The notes beneath the pieces were generated by a model that saw nothing but the letters and a program-made list of their open reading frames with translations, was not told the origin of the DNA and did not search any database. This document shows, in pieces, positions 26,901 through 38,985 of a stretch of DNA of 64,000 nt (positions are counted from its first letter, which is position 1; every line of letters begins with the position of its first letter). The stretch comes from Carcharhinus longimanus (lineage: Eukaryota): contig JASCQW010000072.1 in the NCBI GenBank assembly GCA_030264375.1, positions 70,990,992-71,054,991 of the forward strand, in the 5' to 3' direction. A program made the position numbers and the translations under genes.

Positions 26901-29190
26901 AATTCTGCTGGAAAGAGATCTTCCTTACTCTACACCTAGGTTGTTTACTCACCCCAATATGTAATTTCTGTTGACCCTTTGCTATTGTATTGCTTGTCTC
27001 CCAGGCTACTTCGTCACATGGTTACTAAGTAAAAATTAATTTATTAGTTGCAAGTCGGCTTAACACTGCAATGAAGTTACTGTGAGTAGAAGCCAGGTGC
27101 TTTACCAGAAATCAACTGCTTGAGAAACCTAGTCCTTAAAGGGACTTAATATAAAATTTAATTCCCCCACCCCTACCAAAACACCATTACCATCACATTA
27201 TCTGTAGCATGCTGCTTCTGCTGTTTGGAATCTACATAGGCCAGTGTTGGCACCAGGTTCACCAGGTTGGCACCTCATATTTAATTATGCTTGGTGCTGC
27301 TCCTGGCATGCTCTCCTACACTCTCATTGTAAAAGGGTTTGTCCACTGCCATGATAGTAATGTAGAATGAAGGACATGCCAAGTTGTGAGATGCCAGATT
27401 CTAGCAAAATACAATTCTGTTGTTGAGGATGACCAACAACATCTCCTTATGGTAGTGTGACACAATATGATGCTGAAAATGAAGATGAGAATGTGTCTCT
27501 GAAGGCCTGTGTGCCTGTCACTCAAATTGGTTATTTGAAACTCCAGTCAATATTGCTGTTGACAGGTACATCTTGATTTAGAGGATGCGGTCAAGAGTTG
27601 TTTTTGTTTGTCTTGTTGGTTCCTTCATCAGCTGCCACAGGTCATGTCCGGCAGTGATGTCTTCAGGACGTGACCATCTTGGTCAGTAGTGGTGCTACTG
27701 AGTCACTAGTATTGATGGACATTAAAGTCCCCTATCGATAGCACTTTCCATGCCCTTGTTGCTGCCTTTGCTTCTTGCAAGTGGAGTTCAACATGGAAAA
27801 ATCCTGACTTATCCAAGGGAAAGTGGTAGTGGTAATCAGCTGGGAGGTTTGCCACGTTTTGACATGATTCCAAGGAACTTCCTAGGATCTGGAGACCATT
27901 TTAAGGACTCCCAAGGCCCCTTGCTGCTGACTAAAAGCAATTTGCTGAAAGTAGCCACGTGTAGGTAGTGCCTGAGGGCAAGATTGAAAATGAAGATTAA
28001 CGTCATAAAATGCTTTGTTGTAAACTAATGATTGGAGAAAAAATGGAGGAAAATTAAGAGAAATGAAAGAGAGGACGTGAAAACTAATTGGTGCACATAA
28101 CAAAATGACATGTTATGTTGGTGTGAGACAGCAGTAGGTCCGTAGTGATTGGTTTCAGAAGTTGTTGCTGATGGGTTTCTGTGCCAGGAAGTAAGGAAAC
28201 TATGGAAGTGTCAGTCATTGGTAGTATTTATTGAAATTGAACATTGCTATGGAATCAGGTCAGGTAATGGGGTAACAGCAACATGAGCAGTCGGGGCATC
28301 AGTGTGTTTGACATCGTACTGAATCTGGGCTTGAAGGTAGCTTGCACCCAAATCCTAATCGAAGCCTATGGTAGTGGGTGGAGACTGATTAATATCACTT
28401 CTCAGGTCTTAGTAATATAATATAATAAAAATGGAAAGTGCAATGAGAAAAAATTCAACTCAGTAGCATACTTGACTTTATAATGTATTAAACAGGAAAT
28501 AGAGTCAGGGAAAGAGACAGATGGAGAAAGCAAGAGAGAGTGAGAGAGCTGACATAGGAATAATGAATAAGAAACAGTGAGAGTGTTAGAATGGCAGAAA
28601 GAGAGGGAAAGTCAGAAATTAGAAACTAAATTCCAATTTGGTTAATGAAAGGTAAAGTGAAAACTGGACTTTTCTAAACTAAAATATGACAGCCAAAATC
28701 AACAACTGTGCGACTATAATTAAAACATAAAACTAAATCCACTCTGCAGTTGATCATTACTCATATGTGAGTTTTGGCAGAGTGTCTGCCAATACTTGCA
28801 TAAGAGTAATGACCAGTTGGTTTCCAAGCCCAGCAAGGTGCCAACTTCTTCAGGAAAGGACAGAAATTTGTGAACGAAAAACGATTAAAGAAAATAAATA
28901 GTACAAGATATAATTCTAAAATGGAAGGAAACATGGTGGCAGGTGAGTGGGAGGATCTGGCAGGAAAATTGAGAATGCTGTTAAGTTGCTAAAATCTGTT
29001 TCGTCTGGAGTGCTTGAATGTGCCTGTAAGGAAGATTAGATTCTATTGCTGAAGTTTGCATTGAGCTTGACTAGAGCTGTTCAGTTGGCAAAATATGGAA
29101 AGGCTGGAGTGAAAGCAGGAGGGGAAATTGAAGTGGTTTCGAGAAAGTGAAAGGAGATGTTCAGAAACGTGATCAGCCAGTTTGTATTCC

Positions 29191-29221
29191 TGTAAAACCT
29201 GGTGTTGTCAGACTTTTTACA
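29191..29221. mobile_element. About 30-bp Penelope-like footprint
   Basis: AAACCTGGTGTTGTCAGACTTTTTAC is identical to 2323-2348. Confidence 0.55.
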
Positions 29222-31530
29222 ACACTGAAAAGACATCATCATGAGTGCACTCGATTAAAAAGAGTAAATTTAAATTGCTGTATTACCTGGAAAAAAATCT
29301 TTTGAAGGCCCAGACAATAACGATTGAATGAACAGTTGAGAACATTATTAGAATAGAGCAACTGATAGGAAGAGTGATAGAATGGGGATGGAACATTTGC
29401 AGAAGTAATGGCTCTTTCAGAAAGCTGATAATAAGAAGTGAAGGTGTGTTGGGATCATGTTGAAGATCACAACAGATGATCCAACAAATGTAGAGACTTG
29501 GGCTGGAAAATAAGAACACATAACTTATAGTTGAAAGACCGGTTAAAATAAGGGCACTAGAATAAGGGCACTAAACACAATTAGATGAGTCTGTTGATGA
29601 TGGAAAATTTCAGTGGGAAAAGAGAAATTTTAAATTTAGCATCTCTTTAAATGATCTTTGAAATACTGTATATATGTGACCTTTCTGCAACTTTTATCAT
29701 CTGGTTGTTTATTTCCTCAATTTACTGAATGTCTATTTGAAGCATAGTCCTGACTGAAAGTTAATATTTCTTAGAGGCGTTATTATGCATATTTTCAGGC
29801 TGTCGTTTAATTTATTTTCAATTAGGCTCCACTTCCTTGGTAGTGTTTGATGCCTGATGGGCAGTACCAGAATGCCCCCTGGACATTAGAATTTTGCCCC
29901 TTGGGTAGTACCAAGGGCTCAGGCTGGCACTGCCAAGGTGGCAATGTGCATGGGGCAACCCCCTCCCTCCCACCGCCTGACCCTCTGGTAGGCCTCAATT
30001 GTCCCACCTTCACTTCAGTGCGGTCGGGCCACCAGCTCCCCACAAGTGGGAGCTATACTAAACCCCACTAGTGTGAAATATTCCTGACAGGGGGGAGAGG
30101 CTAGCAGGCAGAGAGATTTCAGTCCTGGGACCACAAGTGGCATGTAAATGAGGGCCTGCATACATCATGCAGCTCCACGCCAATTTCTGGCGCAGAGCTG
30201 ACAATGCCAGAAATCCGGCTGCTGGAGACGCACAGAGGCCGTCGTGCCCAGCATGGAGCCCGTGAAATGGCCTCCACTAGAGTTTCCTGGCACACTGCAC
30301 TAGAAAAGCAGTGCAAAGGGCTGGGAGAATCCTCCACCAAGTATCTCAAAGCACTTTACAGCCATTGTAGTTTTTTTGACATGTAGTCACTGTGGCAATG
30401 CAGGAAATGTTTGGAATCCAATTTATATTCTGTCCAACATTAAGAATACCTCACTCTGCGTACGTGAAGCATACCTTCAAGAATATGTATAATGGTAGGA
30501 CGCAGTGGATGTGATATAAAGTGAACAGATAAGTTGTCATGTGCTTCTACTTGCATCACTCCCTTTTCTTATTTGTTGTTGAAGGAGCCTTGGTGAGTTG
30601 TGCAATGCATCTTATAGATGATACAACTGTTGCCCCGTGGACAGAGTGAATGTCAAAGGTGGTGGATGGAGTGTCAATCAAGCAGGCTGCTTTGTCTTAA
30701 ATGGTGTCAAGCTTCTTGGGTATTGTTGCACCCATCCAGGCAAGTGGAAAGTATTCCATCACACTCCTGACTTGTGCCTTGTAAGTAGTGGACTGGATCT
30801 GGGGAGTCAGGAGGTGAGTTGCTCACTGCAGAATTCCCAGCCTGTGATTTGCTCGTGTAGCCGTAGTATTCATACGTCCGGTTCAGTTAAATTTCTGGTC
30901 AATGGTGTGAGTTATGCTTTCATTTTCGCCTGGTCCTTGAGAGAGAAGCACATATGCCTTCATTGTTAATACAGACAGATCTGTTAATTCACCATGTGAT
31001 GAGAAGAAATCTGACAACCTATGGTGCACGACCAGAGTTCAATCTGATTTTGTTGTAACAGCCATGCAAAACCACTATGCTGCTTACATGAGATGGGTGT
31101 GAGCATTTCTTACATCTAGCCACAGTCAAAACATCAATGACATTGTGAAAGGTGATATAAAAATTCTTTATTTTGTATTAATCAATATTACCTCTTCAGA
31201 TTGTCCAAATTGGCCACAACCCATATCCATAATAAAGAATAATTTATTATTCATTAATCCAGCTGTGTAGATCTTGCATAGATTCAGGGAACATCACACT
31301 TGCACCTTCGTATGCAATTTTTAGTGTGTATATAATGTGGCAGGACTAATATAACTTAGAAGACTGCTAGTATGCGAAAGACTTGTGGTGTGAAACATCT
31401 CAACAGCTGAGATTGTTGCACCTGCAGCCTTTTAACCGCATCCTTATAAATTGCTGGAGCCTTTCCTATAACCATTCTTATTATTAACTAAAACAAGTAG
31501 ATTGTTCAGATTTTCACTGCTTATTTGAAG

Positions 31531-31838
31531 TCATAGAATCCCTACAGTGCAGAAGGAGGCCATTTGCACCTACCACAATCCAACCCAGGCCTTATTCCCT
31601 TAACCCCATGCATTTACCCTAGTTAGCCCCCTGACACTAAGTTCAATTTAGCGTGGCCAATCAACCTAACCCTCACATCTTTAGAGAGTTGGAGGAAACC
31701 GGAGCACCCGGAGGAAAACCACGCAGACACAGGGAGAATGTGCAAACACCACACAGACAATGATCCGAGGCCGGAATTGAATCTGGGATACTGGTGCTGT
31801 GAGGCAGCAGTGCTAACCACTGTGCCACTGTGCTGCCC
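31531..31838 (-). mobile_element. HE1-type V-SINE
   Basis: Reverse complement of head, V-domain and CR1-like tail. Confidence 0.85.
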
Positions 31839-32120
31839 ACTTTTGCTTTGAATTTATATACACTGTGGACTATATTTTTCTTCATAATTACCTGGCACAG
31901 AATATGCAGCTCATCATCTTTTCAATCAAAATTATCATGGCAGCAAAATACCCTCTTCAGAATTTGCAGTGTAAGGTTTGTAAACTGTCTCTCACCAGGC
32001 AATACGTAATACATTATTTATGCTTTAGAAGCCTGTAAAATATTGGAAATGGGAGAAGTACTCAGCTCCCTTTGTATAAGCTCAGATCAACCCCTAACCT
32101 GCTATGTAGTCTATTTCTTA

Positions 32121-32241
32121 TAAGAAGTCTCACAACACCAGGTTAAAGTCCAACAGGTTTATTTGGAGGCACAAGCTTTCGGAGTGCTGCTCCTTCATCA
32201 GGTAAGATTACCCCAATCCAACGCCAGCATCTCCATATCAT
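32121..32241 (-). mobile_element. Short Penelope-like insertion with hammerhead-like motif (32170-32204, minus)
   Basis: Minus strand TAC-CTGATGA-A-GGAG-CAGCA-CTCC-GAAA-GC-TT-GTG; same pLTR sequence as 2065-2118; flanks GTCTATTTCTT and GTCTATCTCTT. Confidence 0.72.
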
Positions 32242-34764
32242 GTCTATCTCTTGTGTCAGGGGTATAGCAGCATTTATATGATCCTTATTTTGTGGATTAA
32301 ATTGTACAAAAGCCTACATGCAGAATATCATATAATTTAAGAGCCACACAAGCCTCTAAATCATTTAATATGGGGTTTAAAGGACATATTGTACATTGTG
32401 TCAAGTAACCAGTGCCTGAGGGAAAGTTATTTTTCTTCCAAAGACCTTGGAGATGTTGAGAATAGTTCGGATTGTCTATGTAGATTGTCAAGGGGGCTGG
32501 GGGCTTGTTCAGAGAGTGTCTTGAAAAATGAAGAAGAGTTCTTTGGCTTAAACAGCACCATGAACATGGATTTGAGACAAGGATTCAGGAATCCGTAAAT
32601 CCAAACAGAAAATGCTGGAAACACTCAGCATAAGAACATAAGAACATAAGAAATAGGAGCAGGAGTAGGCCATCTAGCCCTTCNNNNNNNNNNNNNNNNN
32701 NNNNNNNNNNNNNNNNNNNNNNNNNNNNNNNNNNNNNNNNNNNNNNNNNNNNNNNNNNNNNNNNNNNNNNNNNNNNNNNNNNNTATTTCCTGCAGCTGGT
32801 CCTCAGCTCCCTCTAACAGACCGCACGATTCCGAACCCCTCTCCTTCGTGAATACAGACGGTGCTCCAGTTTCCTCCCATTGTCCTAAAGATTTGCAAGT
32901 TAGATCGTTTGGCCATGCTAAATTGACCCTAGCTTTGGGGGAATTTGGGTAAATACATGGGGTTACACAGGATGGGATTGTTATTGGCACAGGCTTGATG
33001 AGCTGAATGGCCTCTTTCTGTACTGTAGAGATTCTATATTCATATCACCAAGAGCAGAGGTACTGAATGATACGTAATTCCTCGATTAAAAGGTAGTCTG
33101 ATGTTTTTGTTGTTTTTAATTCTTGGGGATTGAATGTATACATTTATGAATAAATGTATATCGTGCTAACAAAAATGTCAATACTTCATATCTCACTTCC
33201 TCTTGTACAGTCAGGGCCAATTGTATATGAACAGGCTGATTTATTTTACAGTCTGAGGGAGGAGGTGGACAGCCAGATGTCGTGATCCAAATCAGTAACA
33301 TTGGTAATGAGGGGTGAAGTCCTGCGGCAACAGATCAGCTAGACAGTCAATATCTTTCCCCAGAGGTAGGAGAGTCTAAAACTAGAAGGCATAGATTTAA
33401 GGTGAGAGGAGAAAAATACAAAAGTGTCCAGACGGACAATTCTTTTTAGTGTGGTGAGTGTCTCGAACAAGCTGCCAGAGGTAGTAGTAAAGACGTGTAC
33501 AATCTTGTCTTTTAGAAAGCATTTAGACAGTTATATGGGTAAAATGGGTATAGAGGGATATGGGCCAAATGTGGGCAATTGGGACTCGCTTAGGGGTTTC
33601 AGAAAAAATTGCGGCATGGACAACTTGGGCCAAAGGACCTGTTTCCATGTTGTAAACGTCTATGACTCTATAACTTGCTGAGGCTCCTTCGATAGCAGCT
33701 TCTAAGCCGGTGGTCTTTACTCCCAGAAAGATTAGGGTGGCAGTTGCATGGCTACACCACCACCTGCAAGTCCCCTCCAAGCCAATCACCGTCCTGACTT
33801 GGAGCTATATTGCAGTTCCTTCATTTGTCATTGGGTCAGATATGCTGGAAGCCCCTGACAATCCTGTGTCCATGCACCAAATGCAGGAGCAGGGAGCGAA
33901 ATCATGGCCGTAGGTTTCTCCTGAAGCCTAACCTTGGCTTACTCCTCACCACTCTGGCACCTTGCAAACTTTGTATACGTATGCTACAAACTCTATTTCA
34001 GAACTTCCTGGAGCCTCAAAGCACCCCAAAATCTGATTCCACCTCCGCAGCTAGACCTTTCTTTTTATGAATCTTGTAATGGTGTCCAAATTCCCTGTAT
34101 AACAACATTGATCATAGAATTATATCATAGTAGCTGAAAAGCATTTTTGTGAGGATGTGAAAGGCACAATGTAAACCATTTGGCAGGCAACGTAGACTGC
34201 TGTCAGCCTCAACATTGAGGGATGAGGTTAGATGAGAAAACTCAGGGCCGCACCATGGAGGGAGGAGAGCAAGAAGAGCCACACCAACAAGGGAGGAGGC
34301 TGGGAAGAGTGTAGATAGGAAGCTTAACATTGGGGCATTCAGAGCTTTACCTTTCCTGCGCTCTAGCCACGTCTGAAGAATGAAGAAGTCATCTGCCGCC
34401 ACAATGCCCAAGAGAAACCCAGCCATTCTTCTGGCATGCAAAAAAGGAGGGACTGGAAATCCGACAAGTCCTACTTGGCCGTTGATTGCTGTTCTGGCAG
34501 CAAGCCAGAACTGCCCCTGGTGCCTGGGTCCTGATGTTTTTGCACCTTGATTACTGCTCTTTCCAGGCCCTGATAAACAGTGAAAGCAGCATGACCCAAA
34601 CGGAGATTAGTGATCCCACAACCAATGGATCATGTTAGAGCTCTGCAGTCCAGTCACATTCAGGTGTGCACAATGGGCGAAAATCAGATAATTGACAGGA
34701 ATAGGAGGCTCCATGAACATTTCTGTCCTCAAAAAGAGTGCCCAACATGTCTGTCCAAAAGATA

Positions 34765-35075
34765 AACATAAGAACATAAGAAATAGGAGCAGGAGTAGGC
34801 CTTCGAGCCTGCCCCGCTATTCAATAAGATCATGGCTGATCTGAAGTGGCTCAGTTCCATTTTCCCGCCTTCTCCCATAACCCTTAATCCCCTTGCCTAT
34901 CAAAAACCTATCTACCCGCGTCTTAAATTTATTAAGCGAGGCAGCCTCCACCACTTCAACGGGCAGAGAATTCCAGAGATTCACCACCCTTTGAGTGAAG
35001 AAGTTCCTCCTCAACTCCGTTCTAAACCACCCCCCCCTTTATCTTGAGGCTGTGCCCCCTAGTCCTACTGTCCTT
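34765..35075 (-). mobile_element. Relatively young CR1 3' end
   Basis: RRNFFTQRVVNLWNSLPVEVVEAASLNKFKTRVDRFL; (aagaacat)n tail. Confidence 0.85.
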
Positions 35076-36267
35076 TCTGAGCGGGAAGGGTCTCTCAGGA
35101 GCGGGAGATGGCCTTCATTCTGCTCTTCAAGGCTATTCAGCCATTGAATGACTGATCTAATTTGAACCTCATGAAGCCAGGCAGAGTCCATGGAGAGAAC
35201 AGCAGAAATAACATTTCAGGTTGATGACCTTACCACCAGATTGGAAGAGGTTGGAGAAGGAACAAGTTTTAAGGAATTGCAGAAGGAGTGAAAAGAAGTG
35301 GCTGTTGTGATTTAGTGGATGGCAGGAGCAATGCCTAAAATAATGATGCTGCAAGACATAAGGTGAGAGTGTTGAATGTGTGGCTCAAAGATTGGTGTGG
35401 GAGAAACGGGTTTCAATTCATTGGTCACAGGGGAAAGTGGGAGCTCTACCTTTAGGATGGGCTTCATTTGATCCTCACTGCAAAGTCCTAGCAAATTGAA
35501 TAACTAGAGCTTATGAGATGATATTTGGCTATACAGTGATAGGGGATGAGAGGTAGATTTCAGATGAAGAGAAATTTCGAAAGTTAACAAGAAAGGAATA
35601 GTTCAGAGTAGTGATATAGGTAATGATAATCAGAGTGTGACAGGAAGGAACTGAGCGTACAAACGTAAGTGTCTACCAGAAAATAGGGTGGAAGGAAGGA
35701 CAAGTTGTGAAAAAAAGAATTAAATGTTATTTATTGGAATGCACATGACATTCATAACAAGGCTACTGGGATGGAGTGGGCTAATGGGACTTTTTTCACT
35801 GAGAGATGTGGGCGGGCTACACTTGGGAACCCTGCTCAGAATGAAAGCAAACCAAACTTGTAAAACTTGTTAATGAGCTGGCGCTTGTAGAACAGCAACA
35901 TAGGTATAACGGCATGGCGAAGAGCTGCTGTGGACTCCATGGAATGACTGGCCTCCCCTGCGATAAATGACTGTGATGCAGAAGGGGACTGGCAATGAGG
36001 CAAATGTTAAAAAAAAAGAGTCCATGGATGTAAGTGGTTAGAAGAAAGGATGTGTGTGCAGGGTGTGGAAGCATGCAAAATGGAGCAAAGACAAAGTTCC
36101 ATAGGATGAATGAAAGGATATTATGAACCACCCAACTCAGTTAATATGCTTGTGAAATTAAGTCAGACCCATTTCTGATCTGCACCGGCTATTGATGTAA
36201 AGGAATCATACCAATCTGACAAACCCACTCAAAAGCTTAATTCATTCACCCTGCCGATTATTCTCAT

Positions 36268-36407
36268 GATGTGGAGATGCCAGGCATTGGACTGGGGTAA
36301 ACACACTAAGAAGTCTCACAACACCTGGTTAGAGTCCAACAGGTTTATTTGGTAGCACAAGCCACTAGCTTTCGGAACGCTGTTCCTTGGTCAGGTGACC
36401 TTACTGT
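36268..36407 (-). mobile_element. Short Penelope-like insertion with mutated hammerhead motif (36361-36398, minus)
   Basis: Minus strand TCAC-CTGACCA-A-GGAAC-AGC-GTTCC-GAAA-GC-TA-GTGG (core G8 changed to C); flanks GATTATTCTCAT and GATTACTCTCAT. Confidence 0.72.
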
Positions 36408-37888
36408 GATTACTCTCATTGCAGACAAATCTCAATTCACCGGGAACCTTGGTCTGTTCTGTTCGTTAGCTGCGTGCGTGTGTTTTTTTTTGCATTGAGA
36501 GATGTGGTCGGGCTACACTTGGGAACCCTGCCCAGATCTGAAGCAAACCAAACTTGTAAAACTTGTTAATGAGCTGGCGCTTGTAGAACAGCAACATAAG
36601 TATAACGGCTGAAGCTGGGAGAGGACTGAGCTTCGCGTGGCTCCAGAGCAGCATCCCTTGCCGGTACCGGCAGGTGTCACACAAACCTTGACAGCAACAT
36701 CAACTGCAGCTTCGGCAGCTTCAGTTCTCTCTTGTCTGTTGCGCTCGTTTGAAAGAATCGCATGGATGGAAAGAAGAGGTGCTTTATAACGCAAGCATGC
36801 CATCTGCTGCAGTCCAGTACGGCAGAAGGACCTCTTTGTAGTTAGGTGCTAAGTTTGAGAGTGCAATAGAGAGCTCAGTGCCCGGGTAAATACGAGCTGT
36901 GGGTATCCCCCTCATTCATGACGAGAGAAACTGATTTCAGGACCTGGGACTGCACAGTTGGGACTGCCCTAAATATTGAAACCACACTTTGTTGACCTTG
37001 CTTTAGACAAAGACTTCGGATCCTCATTGTGTCGTTCATTCATATAGGCCGGAGATATTGACAATCTAACAAGAAAGCAATACATTTCCCCGCGGTGCAG
37101 ACAAATTGTTGATCTCTAGCCACCTATTCAGAGTCATCAACACGCCGGCCACAGGTCAGCGGCACCGGTCCCCATTGAGACACACGGCCGGTTTCTTACC
37201 TCAGATCTGCTCTAGCATGAGCGAGTGTTACTCAGAGAGGGTCAAAACAAGTTTGCTGCATCCCTGTGGCAGCCGTGAAAGCAAAACAGCCAGTAACTTC
37301 TCAGTACGCTTTTAAAAGCTAAATGTGTGTTTGCAACCCTCCAATATTGCAATAATAAAACCATTGTATTTTGTGCCCTTTGTTGTGAGCACAAGAACTG
37401 AAAAGAGAGGCACTAATGAAACAAATTTATTTCATTAACATTCCCCATAAAAAAAGTCCCACGGTTCATCTACTCGGTGTATTAAAGCTGGATTGCGGAG
37501 AGGTGCTGAGTTGTGCTCTGATTCCTTAAGCAGAACATAAATATTTTGGGTTTTAATATTATGAGTTCCTGCTGATCTTGGCAGGTTTTCTGAAGGAAGG
37601 GGTTTATATATAAATTTAAAGTTTAAAAAATGTTTTGCATGCAGAACCGATTGTCCCGGCTGCAGTTATGGCCGTTACTGGGCTACTTTTCACAATGCAG
37701 AGCCGCTGGTCGTTAAGAGTAGGATGCTACGTATTAAATGATGGTGGTGCTTTAAAAAATATATGCACATTACATGGACCGAACTTTGCGCATAAGCACC
37801 TTGGTATCCGTTGCAATGAGTTCTCTCTTGTGGCGGAAATGATCTCCAGCTGTCCAGGATTTTTTGCTATCTTCGCTGTGAAGGTGGG

Positions 37889-38196
37889 ATGTCTGGTAGA
37901 GGTAAAGGTGGGAAAGGTTTTAGGAAGGGCGGTGCTAAACGGCACCGGAAAGTTCTCCGTGACAATATCCAGGGAATAACTAAACCTGCTATCGGTCTGC
38001 TCGCTCGGCGTTGGGGGCCGGTGGGGGAAGGTGGGTGTGGTAAGCGCATTTCAGGCCTCATCTACGAAGAAACCCGCGGAGTCTTGAAGATTTTCTTGGA
38101 GGACATCATTCGGGACTCAAGAGTGTTATTGCCATAAATGATGTTGTGTACGCCCTGAAACGCCAAGGACGAACCCTCTACGGTTTTGGTGGTTGA
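37889..38196 (+). pseudogene. H4: Histone H4 pseudogene (isolated copy)
   Basis: Reads [35 protein letters not shown]...[20 protein letters not shown]. In-frame G-rich expansion where GGV should be (+21 nt). Frameshifting deletion of about 28 nt covering [27 protein letters not shown] follows in another frame, ending at 38196. No histone 3' stem-loop seen downstream. Confidence 0.9.
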
Positions 38197-38275
38197 AAAC
38201 TTAAGAGAAAGTATTTCACCATTGCACTCAATTAAATCTAAAGATGATACCAGCTACGCCCCTCCCCTCACCATG

Positions 38276-38568
38276 GGGCGGCATAGTGGCACAGTGGTTA
38301 GCACTGCTGCTTCACAGCGCCAGGGACCAGGGTTCAATTCCTGGCTTGCGTTACTGTTTGTGTGGAGTTTGCACGTTCTCCTTGTGTCTGCGTGGGTTTC
38401 CTCTGGGTGCTCCGGTTTCCCCCCACAGTCTGTAAGACGTGCTGGTTAGGTGCATTGGCCATGCTAAATTCTCCCTCAGTGCACCTCAGCAGGCGATGGA
38501 GTGTGGCAACTAGGGGATTTTCACAGTAACTTCATTGCAGTCTTAATGTTAGCCTACTAATAAATAAA
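38276..38568 (+). mobile_element. V-SINE (second tail type), well preserved
   Basis: GGGCGGCATAGTGGCACAGTGGTTAGCACTGCTGC...AATAAATAAAC. Confidence 0.88.
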
Positions 38569-38619
38569 CCAACTACCCACCCTTTCCTGGTTGCCATTTC
38601 AAAAGGTTTTTTTTGTAAT

Positions 38620-38985
38620 GTCAACCATGGCTCAGTGTATAGAATTCTCGTTTTTGAGTCAAAAGTTTGTGAGGCTGATACTCCAATGCGATGCCGAGGA
38701 AATGCTACTTTATCAGTAGTGCCTTCTGTCAAATGAGACTGAGGTCCCATTATCTCTCTCAAGTGGAGGTAGCCTCTTCAAAATAATGCCATAGAATATT
38801 TTCCCTCCATTTATCTCATTCTACATCACACGAAGAGATTCGTTATTTACCTTACTCTTTGCGGGAGTTTGCTGTGTGCAACGTTGGCTCTTGTTTTTGC
38901 CACATCACAAGGGGTTCTGAACTTCAAAAAGTTCTTCGTTGGTCTTGGGGTATCCTGCGATCCTGAAAGGCGCCAATGCGATTTT
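38620..38985 (+). mobile_element. Old DeuSINE-like element (SacSINE1/AmnSINE1-like 3' part)
   Basis: gggagtttgctgtgtgcaacgttggct...acttcaaaaagttcttcgttgg...cctgaaaggcgc resembles the DeuSINE L2-derived tail; similar pieces at ~9995-10240, ~48870-48950 and ~50845-50930. Confidence 0.55.

Noticed and set aside
34112-34441. 109-aa hydrophobic minus-strand ORF with a possible donor AG|GTAAAG
   Set aside because: No recognisable homology or partner exon; length is within chance expectation
36502-36545. Chromodomain-like W.GY.TWEP motif
   Set aside because: Spacing is too short and the upstream aromatic-cage residues are missing; likely chance
36566-36616. SECIS-like ATGA...TGAA hairpin with an in-frame TGA
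   Set aside because: The pairing register does not give the tandem GA quartet plus helix II, and the element would overlap the TGA rather than lie in a 3' UTR
38130-38196. Intact osteogenic growth peptide sequence ([14 protein letters not shown]) as a separate product
   Set aside because: The internal H4 Met that would initiate it is lost, and the nearby ATGs are out of frame
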